Notes: generated from the letters alone by a model not told the origin. Shown: positions 1 to 8,465, counted from the stretch's first letter. The stretch is 10,585 bases of DNA from an uncultured archaeon (GCA_964510585.1 CAZECW010000087.1:1-10585); one strand, 5' to 3'. Translations and numbers: made by a program.

Positions 1-793
1 CCTCCTCCCCTTCCCCCTCCTGCTCCTTGTGACCGACTCCACCGGCCTCTCAATCCCCGAAAAGGGGGGAAAACTGTGCCATGAAGAAAATATTGGAAGG
101 GGCTTACAAGAAGCTCTACGTGTCAACCACCCTCTTATATAAACCTCATCCTGGGATACAGGCTCACCCCGGAAAACAGAAACGACTCCCCCTGTTTACC
201 TGGAGCTCATGGGCAGCACAAGCAGCTTCTCAAGGGGAACTCTACCACCTCCAGAAGCAAATCCTGGGAATGACGGTGATACATGAGCGGGTTGAGGAGA
301 GTGCTGGGATCAGCGGCATCTTTTATAGAGGGGCTCATGGGGTTCCTTTGAGTCCTCCGACGCCCAATTCCCCCTCAGGAGAATAGGAAAGATGGGAGAA
401 TTCATAGGCTTGAGTCTGGGGGACTCCGCCTATTTTTAACCTGAAAAATCTAAAAGGTAGCCTTAAAGGAGGGACTGCTCCCAATTTTTAAGCCCAAGGC
501 TCGCCCCGAAGGGGAGAGGGAGAACTGGCTTCTGGCCCGTTTGAGGCAGATGTTCCAGGAGGCGGAAGAAATTTTACAGGTACCGGGGATTGGTTGAGGC
601 GGTGTTCGGAAACCTTTGGTCCAGGAACAGCACCAGCCTCAGCTCCCGAAAGGAGGAAAACCGGGAGATGGAGGTTGTATTCATGTGCTTCACATACAAC
701 CTTCTCATACTGGTACAGCTGATTGGAAAGGTGTCTGTAAACTCTGTAGGGGAAATCCTCCAGAAACAGTTAGTGGCTTCACCCACAACCTAA
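1..793 (+). pseudogene. Degenerate DDE transposase (IS5/IS4-like), 5'-truncated by window edge
   Basis: Manual translation finds motifs spread across frames: LVTDSTGLS (first D, ~26-52), YKKLYV, NLILGYRLTPENRNDSP, and the C-terminal FYRYRGLVEAVFGNL...EVVFMCFTYNLL (Y-x2-R-x3-E signature, stop at 791-793). Several frameshifts and in-frame stops separate them. The exact IS family and its ends were not resolved. Confidence 0.8.
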
Positions 794-1099
794 GCTGCCG
801 TGCAGTAATCTAAATATAGAGAGAGGACGGTGAGTGGTGAGGGAATCATGGTGGAGGTCAGATAAGAACAAGCAGGATAGGTGGCGGGCATAAATCTTTT
901 GCCACCAAATTGCGTGCCCACGCAGTTGAAGACCAATCACACATCCTGCGTCTTCAAGCAACAAAAGAAGATCCTAGAAGAATTATGTGACAACCTCGAA
1001 AGGATGACACAAACAAAAATGAAGGCCACCTGTTATAGTTGAGGGCAATGAAACAAGTTCAAATATTAGAAGATAACGAAAAAATAGGTTCCGCACAGT

Positions 1100-1320
1100 G
1101 AGTCTACGATTTATTACGTTTCTATTTGCATATTTTTGTTCTTAGCTTAGCTTTCACGCGGCTTTTTTGGGAAGCATCGTTTTAAACTGACTTTGAGGAT
1201 GGGAGCAACCTTTTCCTAAAGGGATCAAGGGACGTAAAAGATCCCACAAGTGGGGAGTAGGGAGGAGCAAACAATTAAAAGGAGCAATGGAAAAAGAGCT
1301 ATGTAATAAATAGTAGACTC
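1100..1320. mobile_element. Putative MITE / internally deleted IS, 221 bp
   Basis: 1100-1119 GAGTCTACGATTTATTACGT versus the reverse complement of 1301-1320 GAGTCTACTATTTATTACAT gives an 18/20 inverted repeat. The flanks are ...CACAGT and GTTGAT..., a possible 2-bp GT duplication. No intact ORF lies inside. Confidence 0.55.
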
Positions 1321-1329
1321 GTTGATTTA

Positions 1330-2376
1330 TTACTCTTTTCTTTCTATTTTTTGCCAATTAATGTTGGAGCCGATATTTGGGTTAAAGTCTGGATCGTCAG
1401 ATAGAATGTATTCTCCAAGACTGTTTGTCCATGCACTGGAGTAACCGCTTGGTAGTTCTACAGTTTTCTGTTCTATTGGATTATAATAGTTATCTACACC
1501 TCTGATGTATTGACTGAAGTTTTCAGTGATTTTATCGTTAATCGCTTGTCTTTGATAGTAGGATTGCATTATCATGTCGCTAATTTCATTGCTCGTCTGA
1601 CTTATAATTTTGCTTAATTGGCCAATGCTGTGAATTTGTTGAATTTGTCTTTGAACTAAGTATTCAACAACTTGGTTATATTTATTGAACCATTGTGGAT
1701 TTAATTTGAAGGAGTAGGCTATTGTCTGGAAAATTTTAGTCTGAGTGTCAAGTTTTCCTTTTTCCGCCTTAAATGAGAAAATATAATCCAACCACCAGTT
1801 AATGTTAGAAACTATACCATGTACAGTGGGAAATGTGAATGCGATTCCCTCCACTATCGCGTAGATTTCTTCTTCCATAGGTATTCCATTGCGCTTATAG
1901 GAAATCCGCATTTTTGCTCCATCTGCAAACTTCAATATGCCAGGCTGCTCCGAAATTCCCGTTATGATTGCTTCAACAAGTTCTTGAGGAAGAGATTGTG
2001 AATCTACAATTCGCAGGTCAAAAACATTATTTCTGAATCTTGGTATTACAATTTCCTTAAACGCCTCAATTGGTTTCGTTGGAGGGCGTACTTCACTTCC
2101 AAAATAATACGAACCGATGGGAAACACAGAAAGTAGCATTTGATTGTTAGTCCAGAAAAAGGCCTGATTTGGAAGTACCTCAAATTCCTCTCTACCTTCT
2201 GGACTATAAACTCGAAAACTTGCTACCGCAGGCATGCCGGGATTGTTTAATATCCATTTGATACCCCCCTCAAATTGCCAATCTGAAGGAATAAGTATTT
2301 TAAAAGCCTCAATCCCAATACCTTCCCTATCAATATATGAAAGAGTTTTAAACCGAATCGAGGTTATATCTTGCAT
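1330..2376 (-). CDS. Uncharacterised 348-aa protein (alpha/beta N-terminal domain, Q/S-rich helical segment, conserved-looking C-terminal domain)
   Basis: Long intact ORF with an ATG preceded by GAAGGAAT on the minus strand and a double TAA stop. No signal peptide or TM helix is evident, and I recognised no catalytic motif. Confidence 0.88.
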   Translation of the reverse strand: MQDITSIRFKTLSYIDREGIGIEAFKILIPSDWQFEGGIKWILNNPGMPAVASFRVYSPEGREEFEVLPNQAFFWTNNQMLLSVFPIGSYYFGSEVRPPTKPIEAFKEIVIPRFRNNVFDLRIVDSQSLPQELVEAIITGISEQPGILKFADGAKMRISYKRNGIPMEEEIYAIVEGIAFTFPTVHGIVSNINWWLDYIFSFKAEKGKLDTQTKIFQTIAYSFKLNPQWFNKYNQVVEYLVQRQIQQIHSIGQLSKIISQTSNEISDMIMQSYYQRQAINDKITENFSQYIRGVDNYYNPIEQKTVELPSGYSSAWTNSLGEYILSDDPDFNPNIGSNINWQKIERKE

Positions 2377-2604
2377 ATTTATTCCTTCAATCCATATTAT
2401 TTTATGTAAAAATTATCGCACTACCTTTTTTGGAGCAGAAGCGAGTGCCCCTTTGTGATTTTTTGTAATTTTTGTATCCAAAAAAGGGAAAGAAAAGTGC
2501 TTTCCTACCTCTGGATATTTAATAGCTTTTTGAATTTTATAAATTTATGCCAAAAAACTTCCAAAAAATCGACAAAACGTGAAAATGAGAGAGTAACCAA
2601 CAAT

Positions 2605-3158
2605 TTTAGCTGTCTCCAGAATCAGCTTGACCCTATTTCCCGCTTCCCTTATTCCATGCAGCCTCGCTCGCACAGAAACTTCTCAAGGCATCCAACATTT
2701 CCTGAAATAGGTCATCTTTGCGTTCAATCTGATTTATAAATTGCAATATGCGGTCAGCGGCTACCAAACCGGCTCAGACAAAACTTGCTCCGAATCGGGC
2801 CCGACGATCCTTGTGTTCGACAAATATAATTAACATGAAGACAGTCGGCAATGAGTTTACAATTTTTTTCAGTACCCAGTTTAATTAAACCAGACCAAAA
2901 TTCCGACTCGGACTACCTTCAGGCCGTTGGATGACGTAAATCACGTAACGGCATATGCCACTCTAAATCAGGTTTCTGATCGGCTGACGAGACTCGTACG
3001 TAGAAGACGGCGTTGCTGTTATGGTTGGTTTTTCATGGAAGAGTATTGTTATAGTGGATAGTTGTTCTGTTAGTTTTTGGGAACCTGCTGCGACGATAGG
3101 GGCGGTAGAAGATCTTGCAGTCGACGCCCTGTTTCCTGGACCAGCCAGCTGGTTTCAT
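2605..3158 (-). pseudogene. tnpA: IS607-family serine recombinase (TnpA) remnant
   Basis: The minus strand gives, in IS607 TnpA order: ATG 3158 MKPAGWSRKQGVDCKIFYRPYRRSRFPK (HTH); EQLSTITILFHEKP; NAVFYVRVSSADQKPDLEW (3014-2958, catalytic RVSS); NGLKVVRV; SEFWSGL; VEHKDRRARFG (2821-2789); INQIERKDDLFQEMLDALRSFCA; NRVKLILETAK. Frameshifts and stops break it up. No tnpB follows. Confidence 0.87.
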
Positions 3159-3188
3159 AGAGATACATGTACATATGTGGTATATTAG

Positions 3189-3200
3189 TGTTAAATCTTT
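3189..3200 (-). promoter_or_regulatory. Putative archaeal BRE/TATA promoter of tnpA remnant
   Basis: AAAGATTTAA on the minus strand (3200-3191), about 33 nt upstream of ATG 3158. Confidence 0.4.
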
Positions 3201-3330
3201 GTACCGTTGTGAACCTTTCCCTATCCGTTTAATAAATTAAAATGGTCGGCGTGCTTTTTTTGAAATATTTATCGAGAAAATATTAATCATAATGGTAAAA
3301 AACTTAATTTTGCTTGTGTGCAATTTTCTG

Positions 3331-3408
3331 ATAAGTTAAATTTTAATAAAATGTCCATTAGTGTAACTTATAGTTTTTAGTGATTGTTGGATACATGGGT
3401 GTGACACA
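3331..3408 (+). promoter_or_regulatory. Putative aor promoter, operator and RBS
   Basis: TTTTAATAAA (3341-3350) is bracketed by the perfect inverted repeat ATAAGTTA (3331-3338) / TAACTTAT (3364-3371). GGGTGTGA lies just upstream of ATG 3409. Confidence 0.45.
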
Positions 3409-5250
3409 ATGTCTATGAGGAATGGCAAAATTCTTCGGATAAATCTCACTATGGGAGATGTAGCTACAGAGAATATTGATTCAAGTGTGGCTAGGAGTTT
3501 TTTGGGTTCCAAGGGTTTAGCAGCCTACTATTTGTTTAAGGAATTGAGGAGGGGAGTTGACCCGTTAAGCCCTGAAAATAAGCTTGTCTTTATGACTGGA
3601 CCCTTAACGGGTACTAAGGCTCCCTCGTCCTGCCGATTTGTGGTTTGCACAAAATCGCCACTGACTGGTGCTTGGGTGGATAGTAGTTGCGGTGGATTCT
3701 GGGGGCCGGAGCTCAGATTTGCGGGCTTTGATGGTGTCATAGTTGAGGGAAGAGCGGAGAAACCAGTCTATATTCATATAAGTGATGGTGAGGCTTCCAT
3801 AAGGGATGCGGGGTTCCTGTGGGGTATGGGCACGGTAGACACCATAGGGTATCTTAGGGAGAGACATAAGTCTGATAGAACTGTTAGGGTTGCTACCATT
3901 GGGCCCGCTGGTGAGAAGCAAGCCAGACTGGCAGCAGTTATTGCGGACATGAGGGCGGCTGGCAGAGGGGGAACCGGTGCAGTTATGGGTTCCAAGAATC
4001 TTAAGGCTATCTCAGTTGTGGGTCATGGAAAGGTTCCTATTGCCGATCCCCAGAAATTTAATAGATTAGCAAAAGAGGCCCATAAGGAAAATAAGGAGGC
4101 CAGTGCAAGAATGGCCGCCATGGGAACAGCTTCAATTGTGAGATTGGTGAACTCCACTGGAGGCTGGCCCACAAGAAACTTTAGTGAAAGCCAGTGGGAC
4201 GAGGCGGCTGAGGAACTAGCTGGAGAAACTTTTCAGAAAACGCTTTGGGGCGGAGGAAAGTATGTGAAGCCCTGTTACAACTGTCCCATAAGGTGCGCCC
4301 ACCTGGCAGTTATAAGAGAGGGAAAATATGCAGGCATTTGTGATGAGGGACCTGAGTATGAAACCATTTCCCTTTTTGGACCCAACTGTGGAATAAAGAG
4401 CAGGGAGGTAATCACGGTAGCGGACAGGATGTGCGATAATTACGGCATTGACACCATATCCTTGGGGAACACTATTGGTTTCGTTATGGAGTGTGTGGAG
4501 AGGAAATTGGTTAGTTTGGAGGATATTGATGGGGTAGATTTGAGGTTTGGAAACGAGGAAGCATTCCTCAAAGCGGTAAACATGGCGGGCAACGTTTACG
4601 GTAACCTTGGGCGACTTCTGGCAAATGGAGTTAAGCGGGCTGCGGAAAAAATCGGTAAGGGTTCGGAAAAATTTGCTATGCACGTTAAGGGATTGGAAAT
4701 ACCGGCTTATGTTCCAAGAGCTGGCCACGGACACGCCTTAGCCTACGCTGTTGCGGATCGTGGAGCCTGCCATCTTAGACCCTGGCTTTATGGTGCGGAG
4801 CACTTTTTCGGCAAGCTGAATCCCAGTACTACAGAGGATAAGCCGGAAGCGGTGAAGCTGGGACAGCAGAACCGAGCCCTGATCCACAGCAGCGGACTGT
4901 GCCAATTCGCGGTTAGTGAAGATATGCTTTATGACTCTCTGCTTAAGATGATAAACGCCGCTACAGGATTCAACTACACTGTGGATGAGTTTCGACTGGT
5001 GGGTGAGAGAATAAACAATCTCACAAGGAGTTTTAACTGTCGGGAAGGATTCACAAACAAGGATGACACACTTCCCTATCGCTCCACGAATGAGCCGTTA
5101 CCCTCGGGGCCTCAGAAGGGTCAAGTTATTAGACTCGGTGAGATGCTGCCAAAATATTATAGGGTCTGCGGGTGGAGTGAGAATGGTGTGCCCACCAGGG
5201 AAAAATTAGAGGAGCTGGGGTTGGATTTCGTCATCGAAGACCTATATTAA
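3409..5250 (+). CDS. aor: Tungsten-containing aldehyde:ferredoxin oxidoreductase family protein (AOR/FOR/WOR family)
   Basis: 613 aa with ELRFAGFDGVIVEG, IGPAGE, AAGRGGTGAVMGSKNLKAI, the [4Fe-4S] motif CYNCPIRC, EGPEYET, DNYGIDT, HVKGLE, RGACH and GLCQF. Substrate subclass is not determinable from the sequence. Confidence 0.95.
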   Translation: MSMRNGKILRINLTMGDVATENIDSSVARSFLGSKGLAAYYLFKELRRGVDPLSPENKLVFMTGPLTGTKAPSSCRFVVCTKSPLTGAWVDSSCGGFWGPELRFAGFDGVIVEGRAEKPVYIHISDGEASIRDAGFLWGMGTVDTIGYLRERHKSDRTVRVATIGPAGEKQARLAAVIADMRAAGRGGTGAVMGSKNLKAISVVGHGKVPIADPQKFNRLAKEAHKENKEASARMAAMGTASIVRLVNSTGGWPTRNFSESQWDEAAEELAGETFQKTLWGGGKYVKPCYNCPIRCAHLAVIREGKYAGICDEGPEYETISLFGPNCGIKSREVITVADRMCDNYGIDTISLGNTIGFVMECVERKLVSLEDIDGVDLRFGNEEAFLKAVNMAGNVYGNLGRLLANGVKRAAEKIGKGSEKFAMHVKGLEIPAYVPRAGHGHALAYAVADRGACHLRPWLYGAEHFFGKLNPSTTEDKPEAVKLGQQNRALIHSSGLCQFAVSEDMLYDSLLKMINAATGFNYTVDEFRLVGERINNLTRSFNCREGFTNKDDTLPYRSTNEPLPSGPQKGQVIRLGEMLPKYYRVCGWSENGVPTREKLEELGLDFVIEDLY

Positions 5251-5319
5251 CTCTTCAAAATTGTGACTGTCCTAATTTTTACTTATTAATTTCGTTTTTT
5301 GGAGATTCATTGCTGTTTA

Positions 5320-5340
5320 TTTCCCATTTTTTGCGGGATA
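5320..5340 (+). terminator. Putative terminator after aor (short C/G stem with oligo-T loop)
   Basis: TTTCCCATTTTTTGCGGGATA lies in a T-rich stretch after the aor stop. It is nearly identical to 8958-8980. Confidence 0.4.
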
Positions 5341-5363
5341 GATATTTATTTTATATTTTTATG

Positions 5364-5378
5364 CAAAAATTTTTATCC
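5364..5378 (+). promoter_or_regulatory. Putative BRE/TATA promoter for the thiolase/DUF35 cassette
   Basis: CAAAAATTTTTATCC sits about 45-55 nt upstream of ATG 5419, and a GAGG RBS precedes that ATG. Confidence 0.4.
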
Positions 5379-5418
5379 TTAAAGGAATAACTGATAGCTA
5401 AAAGTTTGAGGAATTGGG

Positions 5419-6567
5419 ATGACAAAAGCTGTTGCTATAGTTGGTTTAGGTCAGACTGAAAGTAGGGCTTTAACACCTACACAGGATTTTAGGGAACTCA
5501 TTTACAGTGCAGCGAAGAAGGCCTATGATGATGCAGGTCTAACTCCCAGAGATGTGGATGCACTTTTAACTAATGAGTATGACTTTTACGCGGGCATAAG
5601 CATTGCCGACGAGTACACTCCGGACCAGGTTGGTGCCAGGCTCAAATTTGACAACTTGGTTTGTAACGATGCAACAATTGCCTTCATAAATGCCTATATG
5701 CTTATTCTGAGCGGAGCCGCAGATATAGTAGCTGTTGAGTCAAACTCCAAGGTTGCAACCGACGTAGTTAACTACCCCGAGGTTTTACTGGCGGCCCTAG
5801 ACCCCGTTTACAACAGACCGCTGGGTGGACACCCCTACTACATTGCGGGAATGGACATGATGAGCTACCTTGAAAACAGTGACACCACCGAGGAGCAAAT
5901 TGCCAGAGTTGTGGTTAAAAACAAGGGCAACGCACTACTTAACCCGAACGCAGGCTTTGGCGCTAAACTCACAGTTGAGGATGTGTTAAGGTCTGAAGAC
6001 GCGTTCTGGCCTATTAAACTCTTGGAAATCGCTCCCTTAGCTGACTATGCTGCCGTAGTTCTTCTGGCAGCCGAGGAAAAGGCGAAATCCATTACGGATA
6101 ATCCAGTTTGGATCACTGGTGTGGGGCATGCCACAGACTCAAGCTACATTGAGTGTTGGCCTTGGGGAGAAGCTCAATGGATTAGAAACGCTTCACAGGA
6201 AGCTTACAAAATGGCGGGAATAAGTGAACCCTGGAAGGAAATTAACGTGGTGGAAATATCAGAAGCCTTTGCATACCAGGAACTGCAGGCCCTAGAAGCC
6301 CTAAGGATTTCAAGCGGCTCACTAGGAAATTTGTTGGAAATGGGCACCTTCGATTTGGACGGCAGCCTACCAGTAAATCCTTCAGGAGGCTGTCTAGGCA
6401 TGGGCTACACTCCCCAGGCCACAGGGCTCCAGAGAATAGTGGAGATAGCCCTACAACTACGTGGAGAAGCAGGAAAGAGACAGATTCCAGAAGCTGAGGT
6501 CGGCGTTGCTGTGGGTAGTGACTCTGAGATCATAAAATGTGGAGGAGTTGTGGTACTTTCGAGGTGA
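5419..6567 (+). CDS. Thiolase-fold protein A (SCP2/SCP-x-like, non-canonical active site)
   Basis: 382 aa with VAIVGLGQT, KNKGNA, APLADYAAVVLL and NPSGG...ATGLQRIVEIALQLRGEAGKRQI. HDxF is replaced by SEAF and GHP by GYT. The nucleophile loop reads LVCNDA. Confidence 0.92.
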   Translation: MTKAVAIVGLGQTESRALTPTQDFRELIYSAAKKAYDDAGLTPRDVDALLTNEYDFYAGISIADEYTPDQVGARLKFDNLVCNDATIAFINAYMLILSGAADIVAVESNSKVATDVVNYPEVLLAALDPVYNRPLGGHPYYIAGMDMMSYLENSDTTEEQIARVVVKNKGNALLNPNAGFGAKLTVEDVLRSEDAFWPIKLLEIAPLADYAAVVLLAAEEKAKSITDNPVWITGVGHATDSSYIECWPWGEAQWIRNASQEAYKMAGISEPWKEINVVEISEAFAYQELQALEALRISSGSLGNLLEMGTFDLDGSLPVNPSGGCLGMGYTPQATGLQRIVEIALQLRGEAGKRQIPEAEVGVAVGSDSEIIKCGGVVVLSR

Positions 6568-6573
6568 TGAGGA

Positions 6574-7770
6574 ATGGCGTTTGAAAACATGGTTAGATTT
6601 CCTAAAGGATTTTCTAGGAAGAAGAGGGTAGCCATTGTTGGTGCAGGCATGACTGATTTCCGCTCAATATTGCCTCACACCACTAGGGAATTATGCTTCG
6701 AAGCCTCAAAGCGAGCCCTTGACTCCTGCGGCCTCACACCTAGGGATGTGAAAGCGGTTATTGGTGCTTCAGCTCCCGACGCTTTTGACGGCATACACAT
6801 TAAGGGTTGGAACCCAGTTGACGCCATGGGTGCTGTGGGAAAACCCTACGCTCGAGAGTTTGTGGGAGGCGGAACAGGCGTCGGCTGCATCGTAAACGGT
6901 TGGTACTATGTAGCCTCAGGCCTATATGATATTGTGCTGGTTTGCGCCTTCGAAAAAATGTCGCCTCCAGTTCCCCACGCTCAGAAACTGTTCCTGACAA
7001 TATTTGAACCCATACTGGAGTGGGCGCTGGGACCCAACCTAGTGTGGATCTTCGCTCAGGAGATGAACCGGTACATGACCACTTGGGGAGTTAAGAAGGA
7101 AACAATCGCTCTATCCGCAGTGAAAAACAAGGGCAACGCCATGGATCACCCCCATGCACAGTTACCCATGAAAATTACAGTAGAGGACGTTTTGAACTCG
7201 CCTATACTTGTTTGGCCGGTGAACAGGCTGGACATCAGCCCCTCTTCTGACGGCGCGGCGGCGGTTGTACTGGCATCTGAGGATGTTGCCAAGAGGATTA
7301 CAGATACCCCGGTTTGGATTGATGGTGTGGGAATGTGTATTGATAGTCAGTACTGGACAAATAGAGACCTCGCTTTCCCCTACTATGTGTACTATGCTTC
7401 ACAGCAGGCCTATCGGATGGCTGGGATAAGTGATCCTATGAAGGAAATTGATGTATGGGAGCCCTACGATCCATTTGACTATAAGGAATTGCACCACTTA
7501 GACGGATTGATGGGTAAGAAAGGCTATGCTCCAAAGCTTCTTGCTGAGGGACAGCTTGCAAGAGATGGTGACTATCCTTCGTGTCCTTCGGGTGGACTTC
7601 AGGGTGTGGGTAACCCCATAGCCGCTGCGGGAACCATGAAGGTCTGTGAAATATACTGGCAGCTGAGCAACCAAGCGGGGAAAAGACAGGTTGACGATGC
7701 TAAAATAGGGATAGCTCAGGCTTGGGGTGACTTGATGCAGGTGGCAACTGTTGTTGTATGTAGAACATAG
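6574..7770 (+). CDS. Thiolase-fold protein B (SCP2/SCP-x-like, catalytic Cys absent)
   Basis: 398 aa with RVAIVGAGMT, KNKGNA, SPSSDGAAAVVLASE and PSGG...QLSNQAGKRQV. The CASG loop is replaced by GGTG, HDxF by YDPF and GHP by GNP. The RBS GAGGTGAT overlaps the upstream stop. Confidence 0.93.
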   Translation: MAFENMVRFPKGFSRKKRVAIVGAGMTDFRSILPHTTRELCFEASKRALDSCGLTPRDVKAVIGASAPDAFDGIHIKGWNPVDAMGAVGKPYAREFVGGGTGVGCIVNGWYYVASGLYDIVLVCAFEKMSPPVPHAQKLFLTIFEPILEWALGPNLVWIFAQEMNRYMTTWGVKKETIALSAVKNKGNAMDHPHAQLPMKITVEDVLNSPILVWPVNRLDISPSSDGAAAVVLASEDVAKRITDTPVWIDGVGMCIDSQYWTNRDLAFPYYVYYASQQAYRMAGISDPMKEIDVWEPYDPFDYKELHHLDGLMGKKGYAPKLLAEGQLARDGDYPSCPSGGLQGVGNPIAAAGTMKVCEIYWQLSNQAGKRQVDDAKIGIAQAWGDLMQVATVVVCRT

Positions 7771-7783
7771 GAGGGTTGAAGAA

Positions 7784-8455
7784 ATGAGTAAAAAGCAGGT
7801 TAAAGTTGTGGCCATGGTTGACCAATTGGAGAAGTTTATGAAGCATCTTCCACCGGATCTTAAAAAGTTCTACCAGAAGTTGGAAATTACCCAAGCTCCG
7901 AGCAAAAAGGGGCAACTGGAGAAAGATCTAGAAGAAAAGGGGTTAATGACATACATCCCAAACTGGAAGCTTGACAATGGTATCTACCTTGGAAATTATA
8001 GGCTGCAATTCAATTATTCTAGAACCGCGGGATATGCTATTGGAACCTTCCTTAATGGTTTGAAAGAGGGGAAAATACTGGGCAGGAAGTGTCACCACTG
8101 TGGCAGGATTCTTGTTCCCCCAAGGATGTTCTGTGAATGGTGTTTCAGGGAAACTGATCAGTGGGTGGAGGTTGCAGATACGGGCATCATTGGAACATAT
8201 TCAGTTTCATATATTACGGCTGACCCCAAGGTGAGACTGGAAAAGCCAATAATAAGCGGTGTGGTGTGGTTGGATGGAACCAAGCTTGAAACACCATCAT
8301 CAAAGACTGTGAGACATTGGGGTGGCTTTATGCACTATTTCGGCGAGGTAACTCCGGAGAAAATCAAGATTGGAATGAAAGTGAAAGCAGTCTGGGAACC
8401 CCCCGATAAGAGGAGGGGTTCCATACTGGACATAAAATACTTTAAACCGGTCTGA
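7784..8455 (+). CDS. DUF35 family Zn-ribbon/OB-fold protein with N-terminal extension
   Basis: CHHC-x10-CEWC Zn ribbon, GIIGTYS OB-fold and C-terminal RRGSILDIKYFKP. I prefer start ATG 7784 over 7751 because it has a GAGG RBS and avoids overlap with thiolase B. Confidence 0.92.
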   Translation: MSKKQVKVVAMVDQLEKFMKHLPPDLKKFYQKLEITQAPSKKGQLEKDLEEKGLMTYIPNWKLDNGIYLGNYRLQFNYSRTAGYAIGTFLNGLKEGKILGRKCHHCGRILVPPRMFCEWCFRETDQWVEVADTGIIGTYSVSYITADPKVRLEKPIISGVVWLDGTKLETPSSKTVRHWGGFMHYFGEVTPEKIKIGMKVKAVWEPPDKRRGSILDIKYFKPV

Positions 8456-8465
8456 GGTGAGTATG

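Noticed and set aside
81-386. 101-aa ORF as a standalone gene
   Set aside because: It is one frame-segment of the broken transposase; the neighbouring motifs continue in other frames.
1048-1101. 17-aa ORF (MKQVQILEDNEKIGSAQ) with GAGGG upstream, ending at the MITE edge
   Set aside because: Removing the element would run it antisense into the 348-aa gene, and it is too short to support.
1330-2376. 348-aa ORF as TnpB/IscB because it follows tnpA and has a similar size
   Set aside because: It has no RuvC-I (GxDxG) motif, no CxxC Zn finger and is not basic in composition.
2775-2777. In-frame UGA in a minus-strand reading (…ASFV*AGLVAADRI…) as possible selenocysteine
   Set aside because: It lies within the tnpA remnant, which has many frameshifts and stops, and it is not at a Cys-equivalent position. 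Decay explains it.
3161-3178. Overlapping palindromes TACATGTA/ACATATGT upstream of tnpA as IS607 end sites
   Set aside because: They are short and AT-rich, and the element ends cannot be defined without a second copy.
5915-7139. 17-nt repeat AAAAACAAGGGCAACGC in both thiolase genes
   Set aside because: It simply encodes the conserved KNKGNA motif of the paralogs.
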